DNA of 14,825 nucleotides from a bacterium. Its GTDB lineage: Bacteria; SZUA-182; DTGQ01; JAFGSM01. The position numbers and the translations under genes were made by a program. This document shows positions 1 to 8,907 of the stretch, piece after piece. The stretch covers positions 1-14,825 of the forward strand of contig JBLIRP010000090.1 in NCBI GenBank assembly GCA_049472355.1. Direction: 5' to 3'. The notes below the pieces were generated by a model that made no database searches, was not told the origin of the DNA, and was given only the letters and a program-made list of their open reading frames with translations. Position 1 is the stretch's first letter; each line of letters starts with the position of its first letter.

Positions 1-54
1 ATTGAAATGGGAGAATGGTTTAATGGCTTCGAGGATTGCCGAGCGGTTCCTGAT

Positions 55-1569
55 CTACCGGCGTTTTGCATGACGATCGTCATCGGGTGTCTGTGTGGTG
101 AGGTTGCTCAGAACATGCACGATCCTGTCCTGCGAGTCGATGAATTTCCCTGTTTGTGAGTTTTCACCGTTCATCAGGAGGGAAAAGACGATCCGTTCGC
201 CTTCGTTTGTCCACAGATAACCGGAGAGGGCCGAGACCCCGCGGATTGTGCCGGTTTTGGCGCGCAGCGCCCCCCGTATCCTGCCGTTCAGGGGGCGGTC
301 CTTCAGGGTCCCGTCGAGACCTGAAATGGCCAGGGACGAAATGAATTCAGGGGCGCATTGTTCGGATTCCGCGACATACAAGAGAATATCGCAGATCAAT
401 CGGGCGGGTACCCGGTTTTGTGGAGAAAGGCCGGAGCCGTCGTGGATATCCATGCCGGTTAGGTCGATACCACGTGTTTTGAGGGTCTCCTTCACCACGA
501 GCAATCCCTTTTCATAGGTCCCGGGAGGCCCTTCTATCTCCGCCCCAAGGGTCAAGAGGATTTGCTCGGCGATGAAGTTGTTGCTTATCTTGTTGAGGTC
601 CGCGATTATGCGGCTGAGAGGTTTTGATTCGTGGGTGTATAAGGGGATGGCATTATGGGGTGTTTTGCCGTACTTCAATGCCCCCCCACACTCGATCTTC
701 TGTTGTTGCAGGAAACTTCGGAAGGCCATCAGCGTATAGAGGCTGGGATCCTTGATCGCTCGATAGACCTTGACCGGTGATGCGTCAAGGGCGATGTGAC
801 CGTGCACCGAAATCACATTCCTTCCCTCGCAATATTCTCTGCCGACGCGCAGATGTCTTTTTCGTCCGGCCCTAACGGTCAACGCCTCGTTGACCAAACT
901 CATACAGGGCACGTCAGGGTCAAGGACCGCATATGCCTTTTGACCCGGGGCAGGTCCGGGCTGAATGAAGACCGTAACGGTATTGAAGTTGAACGAGAGG
1001 GGACCGATTTCCGCATTGTACCAGTACGGGGGGCGGTCAGGATTCCATCCCCCCGGACATATGGGGTAATCGAAAAAGGATTCGTCTGCGACGATGTCCC
1101 CGGTAATCCTCTTTATTCCCATCATTGCCAGTTCATGAGTCAATGCCCACATCTGCTCATTCACCAGAAAGGGATCACCGAGGCCCTTCAGGTAGATGTC
1201 GCCGTTGATCACCCCTTCGACACATCGGGAGGTTGCATGGACCTCCGTTTTGAACCGATAATCGGTGCCGAGACGGATGAGGGCGACTGCGGTGGTGAGG
1301 ATCTTTGTGTTTGATGCCGGGATGAGGGGAACATCAGGGTTATGGCTCCACAGCACCTCTCCGCTTTTGGCAAGGACGACCTGGCAGCCGATTTTTGCCC
1401 CCTCGCGTGAGAGCCTTTCAATGCATCCCTTGATGATGGTAAGTTGCCGCGCCGTCCTCACATTTGGGTCATCATCGGATGCATGAACGGCGCAGGGAGA
1501 AAAGAGGAAACGGGTGATCAAAAAAGATGAGATGATGAGCACGCACACAAGGCGCAGGGTTCTTTTCAT
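55..1569 (-). CDS. dacB: D-alanyl-D-alanine carboxypeptidase/endopeptidase (PBP4, peptidase S13)
   Basis: SxxK (PASNTKIL), SxN (KISNNFIAE) and KTG (AKTGTI) motifs, plus the S13-typical GDP, DGSGLS and VSALSGY segments. Start placed at ATG 1569 because MKRTLRLVCVLIISS...AVHA looks like a signal peptide; ATG 1614 is an alternative. Confidence 0.93.
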   Translation of the reverse strand: MKRTLRLVCVLIISSFLITRFLFSPCAVHASDDDPNVRTARQLTIIKGCIERLSREGAKIGCQVVLAKSGEVLWSHNPDVPLIPASNTKILTTAVALIRLGTDYRFKTEVHATSRCVEGVINGDIYLKGLGDPFLVNEQMWALTHELAMMGIKRITGDIVADESFFDYPICPGGWNPDRPPYWYNAEIGPLSFNFNTVTVFIQPGPAPGQKAYAVLDPDVPCMSLVNEALTVRAGRKRHLRVGREYCEGRNVISVHGHIALDASPVKVYRAIKDPSLYTLMAFRSFLQQQKIECGGALKYGKTPHNAIPLYTHESKPLSRIIADLNKISNNFIAEQILLTLGAEIEGPPGTYEKGLLVVKETLKTRGIDLTGMDIHDGSGLSPQNRVPARLICDILLYVAESEQCAPEFISSLAISGLDGTLKDRPLNGRIRGALRAKTGTIRGVSALSGYLWTNEGERIVFSLLMNGENSQTGKFIDSQDRIVHVLSNLTTQTPDDDRHAKRR

Positions 1570-1846
1570 CGATGATTCAAAGGGGAACTCTGCCAACCGT
1601 GTCAATTGAACCATAACGTGCACCCTTTTTCTCCGATACCCGAATGAAGCGCTGAGCACCGACGTGATTTCCTGGGATATTGATGTGTGAACTCCTATAG
1701 TTGTAACAGGTAATCCACGCTCAATGCAAGAAGGCGTATAAGATTTTTATCGGCATAATCGCGAAGCCCTTTGGGCAATTGCGGCAGGCAGCAAAGCGCT
1801 TTACTGCGCTGCGCCATGGTCAGGATGGGAGCAAATGCCTTAATTG

Positions 1847-1875
1847 TTGACATGTAAGGGCTTTTTTTATAGACT
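1847..1875 (+). promoter_or_regulatory. sigma-70-type promoter for the hybrid kinase gene
   Basis: TTGACA (1847-1852), 17-nt spacer, TAGACT (1870-1875). It overlaps the ORF-track start at 1844, which supports a downstream start codon. Confidence 0.7.
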
Positions 1876-1939
1876 CGGTGCTGTCCGTTCTTTACGGGAC
1901 GCAATCCGTCGCTGCGGGCCGATGCCACGGGGGGAGAAG

Positions 1940-3175
1940 ATGGGCAACGAAAAGATCCTGCTGATCGATGGTAACATGGACGTGCTTAAGGCATATCAGT
2001 CATTGCTGGATGCGGAAGGATACCGGGCGGATATGGCTGAGAGCGGTGAGGCAGGGCTTTGCATGATGAGGGAACAGGGGCACGATATACTTATAACCGA
2101 GATATGCTTTCCTCCATGCCAGTTGAATGGTTTCGCCATTATCGAAGAGGCGAGGAAGATCAAGGGGGATTGTGAGGTTATTGTGGTAACCGGGTATTCG
2201 GAGGTCCACCTGGCCCGGGAGGCCATGCAACGCGATGCCGTGGATTTCATTCCCAAACCCTGCCGCATGGATGATCTGATATCGGCGGTAAAGAGGGCCT
2301 CCGAAAAAATGCGCATGAGGCGCATGGTAAGGGAATACGGTGAAAATCTGAAGACAATGGTCGATAAAAAGGAACAGGAGATCGCCCGCATAGAGGAAAG
2401 GCTGATCCACACCGATAAATTATCCGCCATAGGTGAAATGGCGGCAAGCATTTGCCACGAATTGCGTCAGCCCTTATGCGGCATAAGGGGATTTACCTAT
2501 CTTGCGGCCGAGTATACCTCGAAAAACAGCAAGGCACGGGAATATATCAAGAAGATCGAGGAACAGACCATCCGGATGGAGCAGATTATCGACTCCATTC
2601 GCATCTTTTCCCGAAAAACGGACGCGCGCTTTCTTCCTGTGTCCATCAACGACGTGGTTCTCTCCGCACTGAGCCTTTTCACCCATCAATTCAAGGCGCG
2701 GGGGATTCGATTGGTCCAGGAGTTGGGAGATGACCTCCCCAACCTCATTGGAAATCACGGAAACCTCCGGCAGGTGGTGGTAAACCTACTCGCCAATGCC
2801 CGGGATGCCTTCGATGACGAACCCGGACGGAGCGAAAGACAGGTAGTCATCACGACGGTCTTCGATCCGGCGTTGGAGAGGGTGGTGCTTTCGGTGGCGG
2901 ACAACGGGGCCGGCATGGATGATGAACTGCTCGAGCGGATCTTTCATGCCTTCTTTACCACCAAGGAAGAGGAACGGGGTACAGGCCTGGGGCTTTCCAT
3001 CGTGAGAAGGCTGGTGTCAATCCATCATGGTGAGATCGCGGTGCAGAGTAAGAAAGGCAGCGGGAGCACCTTTATCATTTACCTTCCCATGGGGTGCACC
3101 GATACGGACGGAAAATGCCTTGGATCATCGTGGGGGGACGAGACTGGCCACCTGGAGGTTGCCTTGCCGGAGTAA
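1940..3175 (+). CDS. Cytoplasmic hybrid histidine kinase: N-terminal (pseudo)receiver, coiled coil, HisKA, HATPase
   Basis: Receiver fold (KILLID...ILITE...VVTGY...DFIPKP); H-box ICHELRQPL; N-box QVVVNLLANARDA; DNGAGM; FFTTK; GTGLGL. No transmembrane segment seen. ATG 1940 is preceded by GGGGAG. Confidence 0.9.
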   Translation: MGNEKILLIDGNMDVLKAYQSLLDAEGYRADMAESGEAGLCMMREQGHDILITEICFPPCQLNGFAIIEEARKIKGDCEVIVVTGYSEVHLAREAMQRDAVDFIPKPCRMDDLISAVKRASEKMRMRRMVREYGENLKTMVDKKEQEIARIEERLIHTDKLSAIGEMAASICHELRQPLCGIRGFTYLAAEYTSKNSKAREYIKKIEEQTIRMEQIIDSIRIFSRKTDARFLPVSINDVVLSALSLFTHQFKARGIRLVQELGDDLPNLIGNHGNLRQVVVNLLANARDAFDDEPGRSERQVVITTVFDPALERVVLSVADNGAGMDDELLERIFHAFFTTKEEERGTGLGLSIVRRLVSIHHGEIAVQSKKGSGSTFIIYLPMGCTDTDGKCLGSSWGDETGHLEVALPE

Positions 3176-3183
3176 GCATCCCC

Positions 3184-4257
3184 TCAATACCCAGAGCCTC
3201 CTTCCGGATATTGCGAACCGGTTGTGATGATGCCTCCGCCCAGGCACACCTCTTCATCGTAAAACACCGCGGATTGTCCCGGGGTTATGGCGCGCACCGG
3301 CCTTTCAAACACCACCCGTACCCGCCCCTCGCCTATTTCTTTCAGGGTGGCCTCCTGTGGAGGCTGGGTGGAGCGTATTTGGGCCAACACCCTTTGAGGC
3401 CATGGGCCTGCAATTCGATGTATCCCTTCCACCGTCATTTCCGCCTGCCACAGGTCCTCTTCGGCTCCGACCACGATCAGGTTTCGTTTCGGGTCCAGGG
3501 ACAGGACGTAGTGAGGACCCTGCTCACTCAATTGGAGCCCCTTTCTTTGCCCTATGGTGTACCTGAAAATCCCTGAATGCGAGCCCATCACCTTCCCCAG
3601 CCGATCACAAACGGGTCCCGGGCCAAGGGCATGGGTGGTGATTTTTTCAAGGAAACATCGATAATCGCGAGACGAGAGGAAACATATCTCCTGACTCTCT
3701 TCCCTTTTTTGTGTCCACAGCCCGAGTCTCTCCGCTTCTTTCTCCACATCCCGCTTTTTCCAGGTACCGAGCGGGAAGAGCATGCCCTCCAGTTGTCCTT
3801 GACTCAGTCGATAGAGGAAGTATGATTGATCCTTTCGTCGATCCGCACCCCTCAGCAGAAGGGCAGACCCCGTCCGGGGATCCCTCTGTATGCGGGCATA
3901 GTGACCGGTGGCCACCCGATCGATCTGACGGTCCCGTGCCCAGTCAAGAAGTATCCCGCATTTAATGATTGCATTGCAGTTTACACACGGATTGGGTGTT
4001 CTGCCGCTCAGGTATTCGTTGATGAAGGGTTCTATGATTCGGTTGTGAAATATATCCCGCAGGTCCAGGATGTGCAGAGGGATGTCCAGGATACCGGCCG
4101 TCTCCCGGGCATGCGCCATGGTATCCCCTTCAATCAGACGGAGATACACCCCGATGATCTCGAATCCTTCCTGCTTCAAGATCCATCCGGCATAGGCGCT
4201 GTCGATCCCCCCGCTGAGGGCGAGCGCGATTGTATGGTGTATGGAAAAGGCAGACAT
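3184..4257 (-). CDS. mnmA: tRNA-specific 2-thiouridylase
   Basis: SGGIDS PP-loop, TPNPCVNCN, ATGHYAR, KDQSYFL, ESQEICF, YTIGQRKGL, AITPGQSAVFY. Confidence 0.96.
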   Translation of the reverse strand: MSAFSIHHTIALALSGGIDSAYAGWILKQEGFEIIGVYLRLIEGDTMAHARETAGILDIPLHILDLRDIFHNRIIEPFINEYLSGRTPNPCVNCNAIIKCGILLDWARDRQIDRVATGHYARIQRDPRTGSALLLRGADRRKDQSYFLYRLSQGQLEGMLFPLGTWKKRDVEKEAERLGLWTQKREESQEICFLSSRDYRCFLEKITTHALGPGPVCDRLGKVMGSHSGIFRYTIGQRKGLQLSEQGPHYVLSLDPKRNLIVVGAEEDLWQAEMTVEGIHRIAGPWPQRVLAQIRSTQPPQEATLKEIGEGRVRVVFERPVRAITPGQSAVFYDEEVCLGGGIITTGSQYPEGGSGY

Positions 4258-4329
4258 GTTGTATAGAAAAAAGAATAATTAATCGTATAAGATCTAAAAC
4301 AGATTTATTATTTACGCCTCTGGAATTTC

Positions 4330-4358
4330 TTGACACCGGTTTATCGGTGTGTTATAAG
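4330..4358 (+). promoter_or_regulatory. sigma-70-type promoter of the cytb-rnfC-rnfD operon, with an inverted repeat in the spacer
   Basis: TTGACA (4330-4335), 17-nt spacer ending in TGn, TATAAG (4353-4358). ACACCG-N6-CGGTGT at 4333-4350. Confidence 0.65.
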
Positions 4359-4445
4359 AGTACCGGACAAGGCTCATCTTTGTTGCAGGCATAGAGGCTA
4401 CAGGGATTTCCCTAACATATGTCGATCGCATAAAAGGAGTTGCCC

Positions 4446-5189
4446 ATGATCGCCCAGATCAACCACGCACTTGATAAATGGGCATTGGCCGTTTACCTCT
4501 TTACCCTTGCAGGATTGTTTCTCCACTTCATCGGGAATGTCCTCACTGGTCGCTTCAGAGAACGATTCATTCTCGGGCATCATAAGCAGATAACAGAGGA
4601 GGAGGCACCTTCCCCGCCTGCCCGCCTGATGCATTGGATACACCTTTTCTCCATCATCTTTCTCATCCTGACCGGGTTCCTTATCCGCTACAAGATACTC
4701 GAAACCTTCATGGAACAATGGAAACGTCATCATTACTGTTTCATGATCCTTATTTGTGGCAATCTCATTGCACGCATTATATATGCCTTCGCCGGAGAAA
4801 CCAAGACATACAAGGACTTTGCCATCGGAATGAAGGATATCCTGAATACGCCCCAGGTTATTCTCTATTACCTCTTCCTCAGGGATCGCTACGATCATGT
4901 GGCGAAATTCGCATCCCTGCAGAAACTCACCTACAACATGTTTTGGATCCTTTTGATTGTCCAGGGATTTACAGGATTTGCCATCCTTGTGCCCGAGGCG
5001 CTCCTGGGGTGGACGGGGCTCACGCTCGACACGGGGGTCTTACTCATGAGGGTGATCCACGTGGGTATCACCTGGTTCTATATCCTTGCCACCACCGTCC
5101 ATGTATACCTCTCCTTCATGGAAGGGTATCCCCTTCTCAAGCTCATCCTCTTCAATGTGGAGCCGGAGACGGTGCGTGAATCATCATGA
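4446..5189 (+). CDS. Membrane di-heme cytochrome b (Ni/Fe-hydrogenase HyaC / formate dehydrogenase FdnI-like) with an extra N-terminal hydrophobic helix
   Basis: RLMHW...LILTG helix, RHHY, KFASLQKLTY (family KYNPxQKxxY motif), QGFTG, and RVIH-x13-HVY, which together supply the four expected heme-ligand His. ATG 4446 follows AAGGAG. Confidence 0.85.
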   Translation: MIAQINHALDKWALAVYLFTLAGLFLHFIGNVLTGRFRERFILGHHKQITEEEAPSPPARLMHWIHLFSIIFLILTGFLIRYKILETFMEQWKRHHYCFMILICGNLIARIIYAFAGETKTYKDFAIGMKDILNTPQVILYYLFLRDRYDHVAKFASLQKLTYNMFWILLIVQGFTGFAILVPEALLGWTGLTLDTGVLLMRVIHVGITWFYILATTVHVYLSFMEGYPLLKLILFNVEPETVRESS

Positions 5190-5202
5190 TAGGGCAGGGT
5201 GC

Positions 5203-6543
5203 ATGAAAGCGATGACCTTCAAGGGAGGAATACACCCCCCGCATTACAAGGAAACGGCAGACAAGCCGATTATTCTTTGCCCCATCCCTCCGAGGATCTA
5301 CCTTCCCATGAGTCAGCATATAGGCCAGCCCGCGAGATGCCTGGTGAAAGAGGGGGACCGGGTGAAGGCCCGTCAGAAGATCGGCGAGGCGGAATCCTTT
5401 ATCTCATCAGCGGTGCATGCGAGCGTTTCCGGAGTGGTGGAGCACGTGGGGTCCCACCTCCATTTTACCGGAAAGATGATGGAGATGGTGACCATCGTAC
5501 CCGATTATGTGCAGGAAGAGTTACAGGGACGCGGGCCTGACATGAACACCGCGCCTCCGCCGGATGAGATCCGAGAGGATGTCAGGGAGGCGGGGATCGT
5601 GGGAATGGGCGGCGCGGCATTTCCAACGGCGGTAAAGCTGAGCCCTCCGCCGGACAAGCCTATAGACAGCGTTATTATCAACGGGTGCGAGTGCGAGCCC
5701 TTTCTCACCGCCGATCATCGCTTGATGCTCGAGCAGACGGATCTGCTGATCGATGGATTAAGGCTGATCATGCATTGCGTGGGGGCTCGGAACGGCTACA
5801 TCGGCATCGAGGATAATAAGCCCGACGCAATTTTTGCGCTGAATGCCGAGCTTCAGAAAGAGGTGCCCGAATGGGCCAGGGAAATGCGGATAGAGGTATG
5901 TCCCTTGAAGACAAAGTATCCACAGGGAGGTGAAAAGCAGCTCATCTATGCCATCCTCGGCAGGGAGGTCCCGGTGAGAAGCCTTCCCAGTGTTGTGGGC
6001 GCCCTGGTGCAAAATGTGGGTACCGCGATTGCCATATCCGAGGCGGTGCGCCTGAAAAAGCCCCTGGTGGACCGGGTGATAACGGTAACCGGTCCCGCAA
6101 TCCGGGATCCGCAGAATCTGCGAGTGAAGCTGGGAACCACGGTTTCGTGGTTGATCAAGGTGTGCCATGGTTTTTCCGAGCCCTCCTCAAAGGATATTAT
6201 GGGCGGCCCCATGACGGGATTCCTCCTTGACAACCTTGAAGTGCCTGTGGTGAAAGGAACATCGGGGATTGTGTCGCTCACCGGCGACCTGGTGGAGGCT
6301 CGCCTGCGGCATCGATTGCCCTGCGTCAGGTGCGGAAAATGTGCCGATGCGTGCCCGATGTACCTGGTGCCGAGTCTCATCGGAAGATTTTCGGAAAAGG
6401 GGCGCTATCAGGATGCTGAGGAGGCCAAGGCCATGGATTGCATCGAATGCGGCTCCTGCGTGTACACCTGCCCGTCACGGATACCGCTGGTGCAATTGAT
6501 CCGCGATGCCAAGTCAGCGATACTCTCAATGAAAAGGAGATGA
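5203..6543 (+). CDS. rnfC: Rnf electron transport complex subunit C (NADH/FMN-binding, 2x[4Fe-4S])
   Basis: FKGGIHPP N-terminus, GIVGMGGAAFPT, NGCECEPFLTADHRLM, KYPQGGEKQLI, MGGPMTG, CVRCGKCADACP and CIECGSCVYTCP. The ORF-track extension to 5086 overlaps the upstream gene and is unlikely. Confidence 0.95.
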   Translation: MKAMTFKGGIHPPHYKETADKPIILCPIPPRIYLPMSQHIGQPARCLVKEGDRVKARQKIGEAESFISSAVHASVSGVVEHVGSHLHFTGKMMEMVTIVPDYVQEELQGRGPDMNTAPPPDEIREDVREAGIVGMGGAAFPTAVKLSPPPDKPIDSVIINGCECEPFLTADHRLMLEQTDLLIDGLRLIMHCVGARNGYIGIEDNKPDAIFALNAELQKEVPEWAREMRIEVCPLKTKYPQGGEKQLIYAILGREVPVRSLPSVVGALVQNVGTAIAISEAVRLKKPLVDRVITVTGPAIRDPQNLRVKLGTTVSWLIKVCHGFSEPSSKDIMGGPMTGFLLDNLEVPVVKGTSGIVSLTGDLVEARLRHRLPCVRCGKCADACPMYLVPSLIGRFSEKGRYQDAEEAKAMDCIECGSCVYTCPSRIPLVQLIRDAKSAILSMKRR

Positions 6544-6547
6544 ACGG

Positions 6548-7579
6548 ATGGAAAAGGGTGAAAGGCGAGATCGGTTCGTACCGAACACCCCCGCCCATAT
6601 CTATTCCCCTGTTGATGTAGCTGTCGCCATGAATGACGTGATCATCTCCCTCCTTCCCGCGCTCCTTGCGGCCACCATCTTTTTCGGTCTCAATGCGATC
6701 TATTTGAGCATCGTATGTATTTCCGTGGCCGTAATAACGGAACTGGTGATGCGACGGCTCCTCAACCGGCCTTTTTCCCTGTGGGACCGGAGTGCGGTGG
6801 TCACCGGATTGCTCCTTGCCCTCACCCTCCCCCCCACAACGTCTTGGTGGCTGGCCGCCCTGGGGGCGTTTGTCGCCATTGCGGTAGCCAAGGAGCTCTT
6901 CGGGGGGATCGGCCGGAATATCTTCAATCCCGCATTGTTCGGCCGCGTTTTTATCTTTGTCGTTCCATCGTGGAAGATAGTGCTGGATAATTATGTAAGG
7001 CCGATGTGGTGGAAGGGCCCGGGCTTTTTTTCGATCATCACCTCCCGCCTCAAAGACGGCGGGGTGACCATAATGACCCTCGCCGGTCAATACCTGGACG
7101 GCCTTACCGGGGCAACCCCGTTGGCGATCGAGAGGGCGGGGGCTGCCGCGGCTGTTCAGGGCGTCCGGTACCTGGACCTGTTTTTGGGGAATATACGGGG
7201 CAGTCTCGGGGAGACCTCGGCGCTCGCCCTGCTGGCCGGTGCGGCATACCTTCTGTACCGGGGGCACATCAATTGGCGGATCCCCGGAAGCATCATAGGC
7301 ACGGTGGCGGTTGTCGCTGTGTTGTGGGGACAGAACCCGGTGTTTCATATCCTTGCGGGCGGCCTGATTCTGGGGGCGTTTTTTATGGCAACCGACTGGG
7401 TGACCAGTCCGGTTTCGGCAAAGGGACAGATCATTTACGGGGTGGCAATCGGGCTTTTCATTATGCTGGTGCGACGATTCGGGCTCAAGACGGAAGGGGT
7501 TGCCCTGGCAATACTGCACATGAATCCATTGGTCCTCTTTATTGACCGCTATACCCTGCCAAGGCCATTCGGAGGCTGA
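6548..7579 (+). CDS. rnfD: Rnf electron transport complex subunit D (membrane, covalently flavinylated)
   Basis: DRSAVVTGLLLAL, KELFGGIGRNIFNPA, TGAT flavinylation motif (Thr190, codon 7115-7117), GSLGETS, FFMATDWVTSP; many hydrophobic helices. Confidence 0.95.
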   Translation: MEKGERRDRFVPNTPAHIYSPVDVAVAMNDVIISLLPALLAATIFFGLNAIYLSIVCISVAVITELVMRRLLNRPFSLWDRSAVVTGLLLALTLPPTTSWWLAALGAFVAIAVAKELFGGIGRNIFNPALFGRVFIFVVPSWKIVLDNYVRPMWWKGPGFFSIITSRLKDGGVTIMTLAGQYLDGLTGATPLAIERAGAAAAVQGVRYLDLFLGNIRGSLGETSALALLAGAAYLLYRGHINWRIPGSIIGTVAVVAVLWGQNPVFHILAGGLILGAFFMATDWVTSPVSAKGQIIYGVAIGLFIMLVRRFGLKTEGVALAILHMNPLVLFIDRYTLPRPFGG

Positions 7580-7605
7580 ATATCATTCTGCACCATACTA
7601 TCGCT

Positions 7606-7634
7606 TTGATATTCCACAGAATATAGTATATAAT
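7606..7634 (+). promoter_or_regulatory. sigma-70-type promoter for the PAS kinase/receiver pair
   Basis: TTGATA (7606-7611), 17-nt spacer, TATAAT (7629-7634), in an AT-rich gap after rnfD. Confidence 0.72.
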
Positions 7635-7770
7635 AAATTGTCCCTTAAAAATGGACATTTTTGTAACCGCTCATGACAGTGCGGGAAAAGACAAATCGCC
7701 CTTTGCGTACGATAGTGATCAATTAAACATTTTCGAACGACTCATTGTGCAGTCGCTCATAGGGAACGGT

Positions 7771-8907
7771 ATGGACAGGAAGGATAAAGACATACGCCAG
7801 GAGTACCAGGATTTAAACAGGATCTTCATGAGGATGGGTGATGGATTTCTGGTCATGGACAAGGAAAAGCGAATCATGTTCATGAATCAGCATCTGGTGG
7901 GCCTTTATGGATATCAGATCGGCAAGCATTGCTACGAGGTGTTTTTCGACGGCGCGAAACCGTGTGAAGGATGTTCGATCAACGATATCCTGAAAGATGA
8001 CAAGGAAGTGATGCGACATACGCGCTGTGACAGGGATAAATTCGGCCGCTGGCTGGAAATGACCTGTATCCCGACCGTCTTCGCATCGGATGATCCCAAT
8101 GAGGAGAATACCTATATCCTTGAGGTCATTCACGACATTACGGCCAGAAAGAAGCTCGAGGATGAAATCAGGGAGAAGAACCTGGAATTGAAACAGAAGA
8201 ACGAAGAGCTTGAAAATTTCGTCTATACCGTATCCCACGATCTGAAATCCCCTATCTTTTCCCTTCAGGGAGTGGTAAGCGCCTTGATCGAGGATTATGC
8301 GGACTCGATGGATGACACCTTCAGGGAGTATCTGGAGGATATACGAAACAGCGCCCAGAAAATGGGGCAGTTGGTCCATGATCTGCTCAATCTTTCCCGT
8401 GTGGGAAGGACACGTAATCCACGGGAAGAGGTGCCCGCACGAGCGGTGATCGACGAGGCGATCGAGCAGACGAAATTTCAATTGAATTCCAAGGGGGTTG
8501 AACTCTACGTCGAGGAGGAGCTTCCCCTGTGTTACTGCGATAAGCAGATGATCGTATTGGCCCTGGTAAACCTCCTCGACAATGCGGTCAAGTATATGGG
8601 TGACAATCCCTACCCGAGCATAGAGATCGGGTGCCGCACCGAGGGTGATTATCAGGTCTTTTACGTAAAGGATAACGGCATCGGCATTGATCCCAAGTAT
8701 CACGAAAAGATATTCGAAATCTTTCAGTCGTTGGGAGAGATCAAGGACCCCAAAAGCACCGGTGTCGGTCTCGCCATCGTCAAGCGGGTGGTGGAGGTCC
8801 ACCTGGGAAAGGTCTGGGTGGAATCCGAGAAGGGGAAGGGATCGACATTCCTGTTTCGCATCCCCGGCAAGCAATTAATCCTTGCAAAAACAGGCAGCAA
8901 CCCATGA
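7771..8907 (+). CDS. Cytoplasmic PAS-domain sensor histidine kinase (bacteriophytochrome/Cph1-type kinase core)
   Basis: PAS (MGDGFLVMD...FMNQ...HDITARK), coiled coil, H-box FVYTVSHDLKSP, NLLDNAVKY, DNGIGID, IFEIFQ, STGVGLAIV. Start uncertain: ATG 7771 has AGGGA upstream, while ATG 7651 lies ~10 nt after the predicted transcription start and lacks an SD. Confidence 0.9.
   Translation: MDRKDKDIRQEYQDLNRIFMRMGDGFLVMDKEKRIMFMNQHLVGLYGYQIGKHCYEVFFDGAKPCEGCSINDILKDDKEVMRHTRCDRDKFGRWLEMTCIPTVFASDDPNEENTYILEVIHDITARKKLEDEIREKNLELKQKNEELENFVYTVSHDLKSPIFSLQGVVSALIEDYADSMDDTFREYLEDIRNSAQKMGQLVHDLLNLSRVGRTRNPREEVPARAVIDEAIEQTKFQLNSKGVELYVEEELPLCYCDKQMIVLALVNLLDNAVKYMGDNPYPSIEIGCRTEGDYQVFYVKDNGIGIDPKYHEKIFEIFQSLGEIKDPKSTGVGLAIVKRVVEVHLGKVWVESEKGKGSTFLFRIPGKQLILAKTGSNP

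Noticed and set aside
1..71. Possible start of a next gene on the - strand (ATG at 71, MQNAGRSGTARQ...), open to the window edge
   Set aside because: Only 23 codons are visible, with no recognisable motif or clear SD.
1880..1915. GGGACGCAAT with a small hairpin in the kinase leader, resembling part of a c-di-GMP-I riboswitch
   Set aside because: The upstream GGCAAA, GNRA loop and receptor elements are missing, and the leader is too short.
4446..5189. Cytochrome b as evidence for a hydrogenase or formate dehydrogenase operon
   Set aside because: No catalytic or Fe-S small subunits and no maturation genes are adjacent; the gene is coupled to rnfC instead.
6377..7519. 380-aa antisense ORF
   Set aside because: Shadow of rnfC/rnfD with no domain-like features.
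6548..7650. rnf operon truncated by pseudogenisation
   Set aside because: rnfC and rnfD are intact with their key motifs, and no rnfG remnant is visible in the short promoter-containing gap. A split operon elsewhere in the genome cannot be excluded.
7813..8874. 353-aa antisense ORF
   Set aside because: Shadow of the histidine kinase on the opposite strand.
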